64,000 nucleotides of DNA from Phoronis australis (lineage: Eukaryota > Animalia > Phoronida): contig NMRA01000069.1 of NCBI GenBank assembly GCA_002633005.1, forward strand, positions 298,422 through 362,421. The letters run 5' to 3'. This document shows, in pieces, positions 26,859 through 39,500 of this stretch (the stretch's first letter is position 1; every line of letters starts with the position of its first letter). The notes under the pieces are model-generated. The model was not told the DNA's origin, searched no databases, and saw nothing but the letters and a program-made list of their open reading frames with translations. The position numbers and the translations under genes are program-made.

Positions 26859-29800
26859 GGTCATCAACGACAGATTTTTGGATGGTGATTATATTTTTCA
26901 CCATAAAAATTCAATTGGTCATTACTACAAGAACTTCACTTCAACAAATCAGATCATAGTGTGGGATTTCTGGAGTGGATTATATGACTCTAGTCAGTCT
27001 TGAAAAACACGGAGCAAGATATCTTGGCTTAGGCAACAGAAATGGTGGACATTGTAGGAATTTATGTATCATTTCTCTCATAGGTCAAAAGTCCCAAGGA
27101 ACCGTCCAGTCAATTTAGTGGCAGCAGGTTTGTGGGTGTAAACTGTGAAGTTAGTGAGCTCTTGGGATTTGTGAGTGGTCTATACAAAACTGTCACGGCA
27201 TAAGCCTTATTGAACGTATAGCTGATTTAGATGCCAGAAAGATTTCATTTTGAACAGTCACAAATTCGAATAATTTCAGAAAGTAGGTAGGTTGTGTCAA
27301 AGGTGAACGTTGATCTCATCACTCAATCACTCTTGGTGTACGGTTGTCGACCAAAACAAGTTGATACACATGTGGCGGAGTGCTTATTTTCAAATTGTAA
27401 GGACTGTATTATCTTGTTGAGTCTTGTATTACAAGCAGTACTTATGAAGGCAGACTGAGTGTTCTCACCAGGTTTTAAGTTGAGCGTGTCAGGTGGAATG
27501 ATGGAATGTTGTCAGTCACAATGTTCAGTTAAGTACTGAAGGTACACCACTGTGTTGTGAAATTTGTTAAGTATAATATTTCATGCTTTTGATGTACACA
27601 GGAGACGTTGGTTGTCATGGTGAAATTTTTTCTAGTATGAGATTGTCACATCGTAATGAACATCCTAACAATGATACTAGAGTCATTGGCTTTCAATATT
27701 TGAACGTTTGGAGTGTTGCCAAGATTGGTGCTATTCAAAACTTCTAAATATCTGGAAATTCCCACTATTACAGCGAGGAGGCATTGTTATAAATTAAAGT
27801 TTTCATGTTGGACACAGTCCATCAAGATAGTGCACGTTTCGTGTTGAATCGGTTGCCATGTTGTTGACCACATTTGGACAATGTCCAGACGTTATACCTT
27901 AACCACATATGTGGATTAAGTGCTGATTTTTTATTTGAACATTGAAGTTTTCTGATTCAGTAGTCTGCTCAACTTGTAAATGATTGTCTTCGTAATCAAA
28001 ATGCTTGTTCCCCCATTCTGTTGTTCTAGCTAGTTTTGCTATTGGTTTAACCTGCTGTGATCTCTCTTGGTGGTCCTAGTTAGTTTCAGACAGCCAAAAA
28101 GTTCTCTTCGATCCATTTTCAGTACGTCTGCGCAATATTTTGAACTGCGTTTGCATTGGTTCAGTGTATTGTTGTCTCTACACCCCAAGTCAATTTTGTA
28201 AATTGCCCCATCTCCTGTCCTCACTCTTTAAGAGTTTGCCCATCTCCCTTCACTCTCTCTTTAAGAGGGAGACCACCATTATAACTTGTTGCACAGTATT
28301 ATAACTGTGATTTCATGACCTGTATGTGTGTATTGTTGTCAATAACTATGATGATAAAGCCCATCTTGTTGACTTTTAGATTTACAAGTTTTAAAGATGA
28401 TACTTAAAAATTCGTTAAGAAATAATTGTCCTGTTAAAAGCATCATTCTAATATCCATAACTTACTTAAAACCAAAATTCAATAAAACTAACATTCAGAT
28501 TTTTACTTATTAAAGGTCGTGTTGGACCCTAGAAAAACGTCTAAATTTGGCTAACTTCAAAACATCGTATCTCAGATAACTCAGCAGTTTTCCAAAATGC
28601 TGTTTGGAATTTTTAATGGTCCACTAGGAGCTACTAAAAATAGCACTGATAAATTTCATGAAAAAAACTCGAGTTGCATAAAACTATTAAGCAAAATCAT
28701 ATTTTAGAGAACTGTAATTATGGAGATCTTGTCTTGAACTGTTACATTAAATAAAATTTGATCACGCTATGCCTACTGTTGTTTTGCTATCAACGTATCT
28801 TTTTTAAACCTTACTTAAAAATACATGGTCACGTGACCCACTTAACAACTGATTGGATAAGAGTCAAAAATAGTTATTCAGGCTTTCTTCTTTCAGAAAC
28901 TATATTACTTTCACCAAGTTAAAATACATTACTTTCACCAAGTTAAAATATATTGTGTCATACATATTTGACTAAATCCGCAGACCTATGTCAATAAGTT
29001 CGTACATAACACAAACAAGGACTTCTGGGATACTTTGGTTCTACTTACTTCACCCTTTATGTGCTGCAAAGTTTTTTTAAATTTAGAAAACAATATGCCG
29101 GAACAGAAAAAAATTGTCAGCAAAAAGGCAATTTTACTTTCAGTGACTGTTTGAAAAATTTATTAAGTACAGCTGTCGGCAACAAACACGTGATGAAATT
29201 TTGAACATTTTTAGCAAACAGCGAGCATTTGAAAAATGAAAAAATAAACTCGATTTGTCTGTGAGATGAGACAATCTAGAATAATTTACAATTAAAATAT
29301 AGATTCATCTGTAACACAACGCATGTCACAAAGACCAACGCAGAGTGTTGATATGCGCCCACTGTGTTCATCATGTATTGCAGATAGGCCTACAAGGGAT
29401 GATTACTAACATTCCCACTAAAGGGGGCACTGCTATTAGACAAAAAATAGCCTCTAAGAGGTGCATAGCAAATCAGAAAAGCTCTCAATAGGTACACACC
29501 TGCCAAGATCGTAAAAAATAAGACTGGTAATAGGGGGTACAGCGGTAGACCCAGCTGTAAACCATGGGTGTCCACACAAAATAGGCCTGAATTTGACATG
29601 CAAGACCAGTGAAAGCAGTTCTTTGTGAGCACTACTCCTTGGTCATGCACCATTCCCAGTTGGTCTGTGTAGCTAAACGCAGCTACAAAAAGGGTTTACG
29701 GTCCTGGCTGAGAAGAGGATTGTTTTATTACTCCCTATGTATAGCTGGGTAGCCTAGCCCTGGATGGAGTGCGAAAGAAGTAGGACTGCCAAGATGAGGC

Positions 29801-30822
29801 ACCACAAAACCTAAAAACTCGTCATCGTCAGCCATGCTCTTCCCAGTAAGAATACATATGCCCATTTTCATGCTTCTTTACGTGGTTTGGGCAACATAGA
29901 TGTGGATGTCAAAAAAAAAACGATTCAAAAATAACAAAAATGGCCACTGGCAGGTGTACTATGTCAAATCTATCTGAAAAAGAGAAGCTGCCATCACCTC
30001 TTATTAGAAACCTTTTTGGCAAATTTCATAAAGATCCGTCAAGGAACTTCAAAGATACAGAAGAAAACGAGAAGAAAAAAATAAAATTGCCACTAGGGGT
30101 CTCAGCAGTATACCATTGTAATCATCCATTGTTAATTTCTTACAAATACACCTGCCAAATTTAACTAAGATCATGCAGAGGGTTTAAGAGATACTGCCAT
30201 AATAATCTTTAAGATAGGTTAAGTTGAAGACAGCTGGGAAGACAACAAAAAAGACTCAAAAGCAGTAAAAATTGCCACCACAAGGCGCAAAATACCTTGG
30301 ATCCAACCGAAATTGGGAAGGTGCTGACATCTCTCTAATAGATACCTATTTGCCAAATTTTATGAATCAAAGTCCATTAAAGGATTCCGAAGATACAGAG
30401 GTAAGCATAAAACACACTAAAGAGCACAACGGCGCCCTCATATAAAATATGCGGGCGCAACACACTTTTCAGTTACTAATAAGATTACTCAAGAATTTTT
30501 GACAAGCAAATATATTTAGCACCTGTTTCACTAAAATTCCGCAACATCTTGATGTTTTTTTCTATATGGAGTCCAAAGAGAGATTCAGACCAGACATGGC
30601 ATGTCTCTGCTCAGATTATAGAAAATAAGGTGTAAAGCTATGACATTTTAGTGAAATAGGCTCCTGTAGACTTATTCAAGCTGACTGAGCAATGATTAAT
30701 AAGGAAGCAGCCACATAGAAGAATTAATAAAAACATTATACTCAATTATTTGATGAAATGTTAAAAAATATCCAGCATAAGCAAAACTCTGGAATGCTAG
30801 TTCGAAATTATTAATAATGGGC

Positions 30823-30976
30823 AGTGGTGTAGTGGTAAAATTAGAGGTAAGTAGGCGCCCAAAGCCCACCACGTCACCTTGAGCACTGAACGTAACTTAC
30901 GGTGCATTGGTACCACGTTTAAATGCCAAAAGGTGGTTGGCTGCGCCCACATGCGCCTACGCCCCACTACAGAACT
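30823..30976. mobile_element. Small MITE (CAGTGGTGTAGTGG...CCACTACAGAACTG)
   Basis: 14-bp imperfect TIR with hAT-like CAG ends; TSD not recovered. Confidence 0.45.
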
Positions 30977-31752
30977 GCTAACACGAAACATACTTTGGAA
31001 ACGTAGGGGACAAAGTCCGAACACATCAAACACAGTTGAATCAGTAAAAACAGAGCTCTCAAACTAAGCTGAACAGAAGTATGCTAAAACAACACATTAC
31101 AAGCCAAAATTAATCAGCAATGAAATGGACCGCATTGTTGTCAAACTTAAGTACGAGATAAATTTGACGTTGCTATTTCTGTGCCTGAAGCAGGTGGATC
31201 ACTAAATAGGCAGCCATAAAGTATCAGAGACTTTGATGAAATTAAGTCAGTACTAAAAGCCCATTTTTGTACAAAACTGACATTTGGCCATGTTTCCATG
31301 TGTTCAAACTTTGTCCAAGTTTGACGTCCAGTTGATTTTGAAAACTGCTATTATATTATATTAAACACCATGTAATGAAATTTCAACCATTACCACACAT
31401 CACTCCCAATACTGAGCCCTCTTGCACAATGCTCCAGTCTTTATGTATTAATATAGATACGCGTAACATGTAACGTATTCAGTGCAAACCACACCTCCCT
31501 GAGGGCCCAGAAAGAAACACATAATACAGTATATACACCACCAAAGAAATCTAAATCATTCACACAATCTAAACAAAAGAGAACTTTGGATAAATAACAG
31601 TCCTGAAAAAGAATCCAGTGCAATAAATCCTCTAAAGTTATAGCAATACTTTTTCTTTAACTGTACCTTAGGTATATAAGCTGTACTTTTTATTGACAGG
31701 CACTTAAACCTAAATATTCATTACATTTACATTGCGTCCTCAGAGTCCGGAT

Positions 31753-32051
31753 TCCCATACCAAATGACGTCGTACAGAGGTCGCAACCTATTTTTTAACT
31801 TGCAAGATCCATACGACGGGCCTAAGCACATCGCATGGTTATCGCCTATGGGACACTACCATTGTTTTGCTTTGTTGCGTCTGATATTACAATACAGGTC
31901 GCACGGATATCCTACCACGGGTGCACATCAGCCGGTTACCAACAAAAGCTTGCCATTAACTTGACAATACGAAAGAAACACAAAGTAAACAATGGCAACG
32001 CCTCTCTACCGATATCTATGTGACGAGCTTGCGACCCAGTTTCCCATGGGA
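31753..32051. repeat. ~300-bp repeat; intact empty-site copy of the element disrupted at 55670-60006
   Basis: ttaacttgcaagatccatacgacggg...catggttatcgcctatgggacactaccattg...caatacaggtcgc aligns to 55713-55760 plus 59597-60006. Confidence 0.75.
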
Positions 32052-33350
32052 TACTAAAAACTTTGTTAAAGTACAGTACCTTATAAACTACCAGACTGAT
32101 ACTTCTTTAACTGTTGTGCCTTCCAGTTTATAAGTGATATGTCAACACGGTCAACACTCAGATGATACACCGGGTTATTCAATGCTTAGTTATGAGCACA
32201 AGCATTTGAATCTAGTTGTTTATTACATTTACATGGTCAGAATTGAGTGCCTGTGTCCCCACTGTCCAACTTACTATTCACATAACACAACTTTGTTAAG
32301 AATGGTCCCACAAATTCCTCTCAATGTATTCTCCGCACGGTGTTTTACCAGTTCAACACAGATGTGAAGTAATACCTGTGGTTTGACCATGGTCAGTAAT
32401 ACCCTTTCATTCTCATGAAGTGCATTTAAGAAAGATCAACCAAGACGTTCGGTAAAAAGTGATGGGGCTACTACAGAAATTGTACTGCCACCCACAGCGC
32501 CCTCATTCAGCCATGAGCAACAACAATTAGGATACACTCTCTATTACTTCAACCATCTGAGTAGATATGGTTCTTTTTTGCATGCCCCAGCTCAATACCA
32601 CATAAGTCTGAGAATGGATACCCTGTAGAAAATAGCCATTCTTTCAAGAACACCGTTTCTGCCCGCCAGTACAACTGAATACATCCCAATCATTTGGCAC
32701 CCACCTCCTAATTAGCAAGGCATGCTGGGAAGGGCAGAGTGACTTGAAAACTGCTAATAACAACACAACTGCTCTACATGTTCTGTACTGTTCAACTCTC
32801 CCCAGCTCAAAAGTCTTGTAAATCAAGCTCAGGCTCAATTCATTGCTAATTGAACCATATTCCTTGGTATTTCATCAACTGAGAGAACTGTCTTCCCCAA
32901 TCAGTTCCATATTAAGCACATTGTATTTTCTCTCAACAATTCTTTAAAAAATTCTATGATTGCTGACGGCTGGCTGCACATCCTAGTGTTGCTTCGATAT
33001 CCGAATTATTCGCACACATAATTCCTCATTCCTAATGTGACATATTGTGCTTTTCGCATGCTTTTATCATTTTACTCCTGTCCGTAACAACAAACAAATC
33101 TACATTCAAAGATCCGAAATTAATACGTTGAAGTCGACTGTTGTTTAAGTCTATAAACGACCAGCTGCTTAATGGGCAAGTCCACATTCCGTGGCTCCAT
33201 TTGGTAAGCTGAAGCGCAGTGACTGTACTTAATACATCAGATTGTTACCAAAACATGTTCTCCCTCTATGGAAATAATTAAAATAGCTGGGACATTATCC
33301 ATCAACAGCTCATGGGCAATACCAAGTCTCTCATTAACACATTAAGCGCA

Positions 33351-33545
33351 TTAACTTGTAACATGTGCTTGAACGCCCTCTGCAGGCTGTTGCTTCCTCA
33401 CATACTGCACTGTAGAGTCTTCGTCCAGCTGCGAATCAGGTCTTGTCACATAACTTCTGTTAGAGTCGCCAACCATCAGGCTTATGTTCCCAGAATTGTA
33501 AATGTGAATCTGCTGAGGCTGGTTAGACACGCAGATATTGCTGCT
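33351..33545 (-). CDS. TICAM-like last exon containing RHIM-like motif
   Basis: ttctacag|SSNICVSNQPQQIHIYNSGNISLMVGDSNRSYVTRPDSQLDEDSTVQYVRKQQPAEGVQAHVTS*. Confidence 0.78.
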   Translation of the reverse strand, partial: SSNICVSNQPQQIHIYNSGNISLMVGDSNRSYVTRPDSQLDEDSTVQYVRKQQPAEGVQAHVTS

Positions 33546-36500
33546 CTGTAGAAATAATATGCAACAATATATAATTATTTACCATGCAACAAGGTGGGGA
33601 AGAGAAATGTTTTGTTAAGCCTTCATTCTTGGCACAGTTTCTACTTGACAGCTGACGTGAAGAACACTTATTTGGTAAAAAATTCAGTCCTTATAGCCAA
33701 AACACTCATTTCGTATGAAAATAACGAAGGCATTTAACATTAAGTACAATAGCTGTTTAAAGAACATCTTCCCATTTTATTTATTTATGTATATCAATTT
33801 GTGGTACTGAGGATGTTATTGACAGAAATAGAATAAACAACCTTTTCAGGGTCCATCGATTCAGTGACTGGGAAGGAAGTTTTTAGCCCAGTTTGCTCGA
33901 CTGGCTGTTGAACATTTTGGGCTCTTGGTCTCCCACTTCCTTCATCACCACCTAGAAATACAGATTGTGCAAACAAAAACAAAATGTGAAATGAGATGTC
34001 ATGGACTGTCTGCTGTTCAGTCAAGCAGTGAAATTACCATTAAAAAAAATAAAAGTATTGCAGATGGTCAGGTACACTTTGTACCAGATGTGTGCAGGCC
34101 GCTCTAGGGGGCCCAATGCACTGACCACCTGGAACTATTTTTATGCTTACCATCACCAGAGATCCGAACTTGGAATGATCCATTACAAAGAGAAGAAAAT
34201 TTTCCTGGTAGCGCGTACTTCTACAAAATAGGCTTATGTGATAGAAATATTTTTGTGTTGCAAAATTTAACTGCAAGAAATATTTTTGCATGAATAAAGG
34301 CAAAATAATTATAAAAAGATGAAAAAGAGGAAACTGGAAATCAACTAAGAGGAAACTGAAACCAAAAAACAAGAAATTCTCTTAAAAAAGGAAAATTCCA
34401 AGCCCTGAGAGATGGTAACAGATGGGACATCACATGAATAATAAAATAAGTACCATCTAAGAAGCAAACTATTGACTTAGGTCACTAGGTATGGATAATA
34501 CAATTGGTAAAAAATTGCTCCTCACTCAGATGAAAAGTGGGTTTGCAAACAACTGACTGTTCATCATACCTTGAGAACACGCTCGGCATACAAAGTGACA
34601 CGCTGTGATAATTGACCTATCGCAAGCTCNNNNNNNNNNNNNNNNNNNNNNNNNCTTGCGAGGTCGACAAACAATAAGTTTTATCCGGCAATGCGTTGTT
34701 GGTCAGGTAAAATGGCGGCATGGATATGAAAGTGCGTCAAGAATGTTGCGTTCTGATTGGTCAATTAAGCGGTCACTCGTGATCCTGGCGATAGGTCAAT
34801 TAGTCAAAAAGAAGAGCCTGATCACAGGAAATAACGAAATGCCAGTTCCTTGAAAACTCTGAAATCACCACTATTAAGTTGATTAAAGAACAATTTGAAA
34901 CTAATTTCATAACTGTAATTGTTTTAAATCAAAAGGTGTTTTGGTGATGGAATTCTGAGCTCAATTCCATAAAAGTTATAATCCGTACACCAACAATGAT
35001 GTCGCATCATCACGCGTCACGTTGTTTTTGTTGAACAATGAACCCGAGGTCATGCAACAATCACACTTTATCCAGCGGATAACTTTGAAGTTTTATGCAA
35101 CCCAGCCCTGGTTTGCAGCCACCTTAAAGTTACATAGGACCTAATCATCAAGTCTGTATGTTTCTAAAAATTTGATTTTTGAGTATATACCAATCTTCCA
35201 CTAGATGAGTTGTGTGACCTTGATTTTACGAAAATATACCAAAAAGAAAAGTACATTACACAACAAAACGACATTATCGCTAACATGCCTGATGAAATTT
35301 CGTATGAATGTTCAAGATTAAGTCTCAAAAAAGCTCTAGTTTTCTAAATTATTGTTTCGTTTTCGTTTTAGTTTTATGCAACTTTGAAATTTTTTCATAA
35401 AAATCACGTAAGTCCTATTTTTGATAGCCCCTCGTGCAAAAGTGGAACATTTTAAAAACAGTTCCTAACAGCGTATTGAAGAACAATCATGTATAAAGCG
35501 TAGTATCTGTAGCTCTCATGTCAACACGACCAGCGATTTCTGAGATAGGATGTTCCAAAGTTGGCCAAAATTGGACATTTCCCCCATCCTCCATAACCAC
35601 AGTAAGGAGCAAGAAATGAAATATTTTCTAACTTTTTATGTAGGCTGGACCATAACACCTTTAAATTTGCACCACAACTTTATAATATTGGAATGGAATC
35701 CAGCCATCAAGCACAACACGCAGGTACAGTAGGTAAACAAGATCAACAACGCACCCACATAGATCTAAAACCCAATATCAAGGGGGAATAAAAATTGGTC
35801 AGACATCAAAACCATTTGCCTGGACTTCAAACCCAGTCAGCTGGACTGCAGAACCAAAGGGCCGGTGGTCAAACAGGTTGTCCAGACTTCAAAACGCAAT
35901 GACCTCACCCACAAATAACTAGTTGGCTGGACCCAAAACACGATGGCCAGTGCTATAACCAGGTGGCCGGCGATCAAACATGATGGCCAGACTTTCTAAC
36001 AGACACGCTTTGAACGTTTCGAAGGATTCACGTGACATCTAGTGTATATTTTTTGCACCTGTTTGTTTCTTTTAATAAAAATCAGCGATTTGTTCCACCA
36101 TTGTGTTTGAGCACAGGCCAATCCCTTCTAGGTCTGGCCAATCAGATTTTTGGGTGCAGCCATCTGGTTTTGAGGTACCAGCCAACCTGTTTTGAGGTCC
36201 GAACACCAAGTTAGTACACAGGCCATTAGGTTTTGAAATCCACCCAGCTGGTTTTGAAGTCTGGGCAAGTAGTTTTGAAGTCCAACCAATTGCTGATTCC
36301 GGCCCATGAAGAGTCCAGGTGTAATACGTTCACTGTTTCACCACAAGATAGTATATATCGTGCCACATACCTCTCGGCGATGTGGAGTCCTTTTGTGACG
36401 TCTTTGTCCTTTGGCCACTATCTAAATTCAAAATCAATCTATTTTAAGCAAAATTAAAACAGTCACATGTCTTGTATCTTTAGACATAGTCTGAACTAAA

Positions 36501-39500
36501 TTTTTTGAATATGTGCGACATTTTTTCCGACCCAAGCATCAACTTCTTTAACGGAGCATTTCATTCTGTTCATCTGACTAATAAAGGAAAATCACAATAT
36601 GCTCTATCAAGATAGCATTCTATTAATAAGAATATCAAGACCAAGCCCAAAATTGCAAATTCGAAAATGACAAACATACACATTGCCTGTGACTAAATCT
36701 GGTAAAAGAAACAGAACCCTATCAAGGTAAGGAACATTATGATACCAATGTTATATCAGTATAATACCTAACTTCGATTTTCATTTTAGCCAGCAAAATG
36801 CAGCTTTAATTCATGCAGTATACAACAGGAAGCTCGTTTCTTCAATGAAAGGGTAATAATAACAATAGTAATAACTGAAATGAACAATAATGTTACAAAT
36901 AATGTGTGGTCGACTTAGTTTGTGCGATTTTCAATCCATCAGACATTGATGCCAAACTTTACGATTCAAAAATTGTGGAAAACACTCACTAGAAATTTGC
37001 TCCCAAAGTTGCAATGTCAAGGGCTTCATCTATTGTGTGAACATACCCAGAGAAAAGTTTTGAGTGTTTCTTCCAGAAATGTTTAACTATAATAATTTTT
37101 CGCTTCACATACTTCACAGGGACAAATGGTGATGTGCGCCACCATTCAGGAATTCTTAAGTCCATGCAATACATCTAAGTTATGACTTTAGCTTAACGTC
37201 CAATCACTGATTTTTGAAGTTCCCAGTTTGAATGCTTTGGGCCACGGCAGTCTAATCTTTTTATACCAGATCGAACACAAATTATTGTTGTCATTTTCTA
37301 TGTTCGTGCAAACTCAAGAGAAGAGTCAATTATTTTATGCCTGAGTACATAACGGCTGAAATGCATAACTTTCTAGTCCTAGTTTGCACTAAATGACCCC
37401 ATCATTGAGGCTAAAAATTCAAGTCTGAACTCGAAATTTCAAATTATTACCAAGCCTGGGTGTTGTCATATCTTGAATTTGGCCATTTGTGTGTCTTGCT
37501 ATGTACACACTAAAATTATTTAAAGATACCCTTCGCGCTAGTCTTTCTTTTCTGAACAAAAACGAATCCCTGAACCGAAAAACCAAAGCTGAATATTCTT
37601 AATCGTTTCAGCACAACCGCGAACATGCCTTAAGTCTGTAATGACCATGTGCTCAGACATATTGTGAAGCTGTTATATGTTAGAATCAACATGCCATAAT
37701 CCCCCAGACTATCGCAGGAGGGTGGTGTGTAGCAAACAAGGTATCGCCACATACCCGGGTGATCACTACCATCGGCTGCTCCTCGTGGGTCCATATCAGC
37801 AAGAGGTGGACCAGTGTGGCCATGCGTGTCTGCTGCGTCTTCTTCAAGGTCCGCACTGGCACCCAGCATCGACTGCCTACTTGCTGTAATAAAAAATACA
37901 AACTTGTAAAGACTGACTGTTGGCTTGGGTGCTAAGTGTTGCATCAAGAGTGAGATTCAAAACCAGTGAACATGTTGTCACTGTGAACAGACACCATAAT
38001 GAGTCTTGCAGTTTTTAGTGCAAGCCCATTGCACTGAGGCTGCTACACACTGGTGTACAAAGGGGGGTACTATGGGGGGCCACGTCCCTCCTGCTCAGTC
38101 AAACAAACCCTCCCATTGTAACTCATGGACACCCTATTCATTGCAAGTGCCCCCTAGATGTCACCCATGTCACCTTCTCCCCCACTTCCCTGGTGGGCAA
38201 CAACTTCATGCTTGGTCCCACACTTGCAGCTATGCCAGCACTACTAGATGCGTCTTACAGAAGTATTGGGTCTTTGTTAGTAACTAGACATTTGAAAACT
38301 ACAGCTTCTATAAAAGCGGTATCTTTATAAGTGAATGCACAAAAGCTTCTGATCATAACATAGAACTGTAGCCCAGTAATGCCAACTCACACACGTGACC
38401 AATGTATTCTATTATTAGTGCTTGCAAACCCAAGATCAGCCGTGAAAGTTTTCACTGAGTATTTCCAGCAGCCTGTTTGACTATGTTTTGATCGGGAGTT
38501 GTAGATATCAAATCAAGTCTAATTTCATTGCTTCATTTTCATTTTGTTATCATTGTTCATCAAGCAAGACTCTTGAGGTATGGTTCTGTACAATAGCAAT
38601 TTCTCGCCATCCCAAAGGGCTGTCTAATGATATTACCCTTATGGAATTCAGCTGAAAAACGGCGGAGTTGCGAAACGTTTTAATGACCACAAAGTCCATA
38701 GCAAATACACACACCGGAACAAACGAATGCGAACAACTGTCATGCATGTGCGGCGCAACCTCAGTGGCCACGAGATTGGAGTTGGCATTCCAGGTCCAGA
38801 GTTCTATGCCTCATAACAAAGGCTTCTTCCCCTCACTAGATTCAGGCATTGAGTTTTGAAATAGGGAGCACTGAATCCACTAGGGGGTGTCAGGGAGACT
38901 ACACTCTTACCCGACGCAGGTACTCATATGGGTCTAATTGTCAACAGATTTCAGCTCTTCATCCATCCATACAACAGAAAGAAACCAATTCTTCACTAAC
39001 GCCACCTAGTGAATCCCGAGCTTACTGTTGCCAGGACCACCGAAAGTAAGCCTTAGGTTGCACAATCTTACAATTAAATCACAAAATTTTCAAATGTTAA
39101 CCTTTTTCTTCGAATTTGAACGAGTGCGTTGCTTCTTCATTGGGATGCGGAGTTACGCCAACAGCCTGCACCGGTGCGTGATCCTTTAAATAAAAACACA
39201 GTCATTGTCAAATCACTGGTGAAATCCAGAACCATTACATTAATTAACTTCAGAGCTAACCTTTCTTCTTCTGACTACAGGCAAACTGAAACAGAACAAG
39301 GATAGTTAATGAAATACATACATGTTATGTTCAAAAATTGTACTTATTTACCTGCCCCAGTTGCGTACTTTTAGTATGCCTTTGAGTAAATGATGTTGCT
39401 AAAAAGTATCTCAGGAATTTCTCTATGTCGAGCATCAAAATGTTACACTTCGTATAATATATTTGTGAACGCTGAATGGCACTTTTCAGTAACAATTGAT

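Noticed and set aside
33525-33545. SSNICVS as a pLxIS IRF-recruiting motif
   Set aside because: Only a loose match (I for L, V for I); no support without conservation data.
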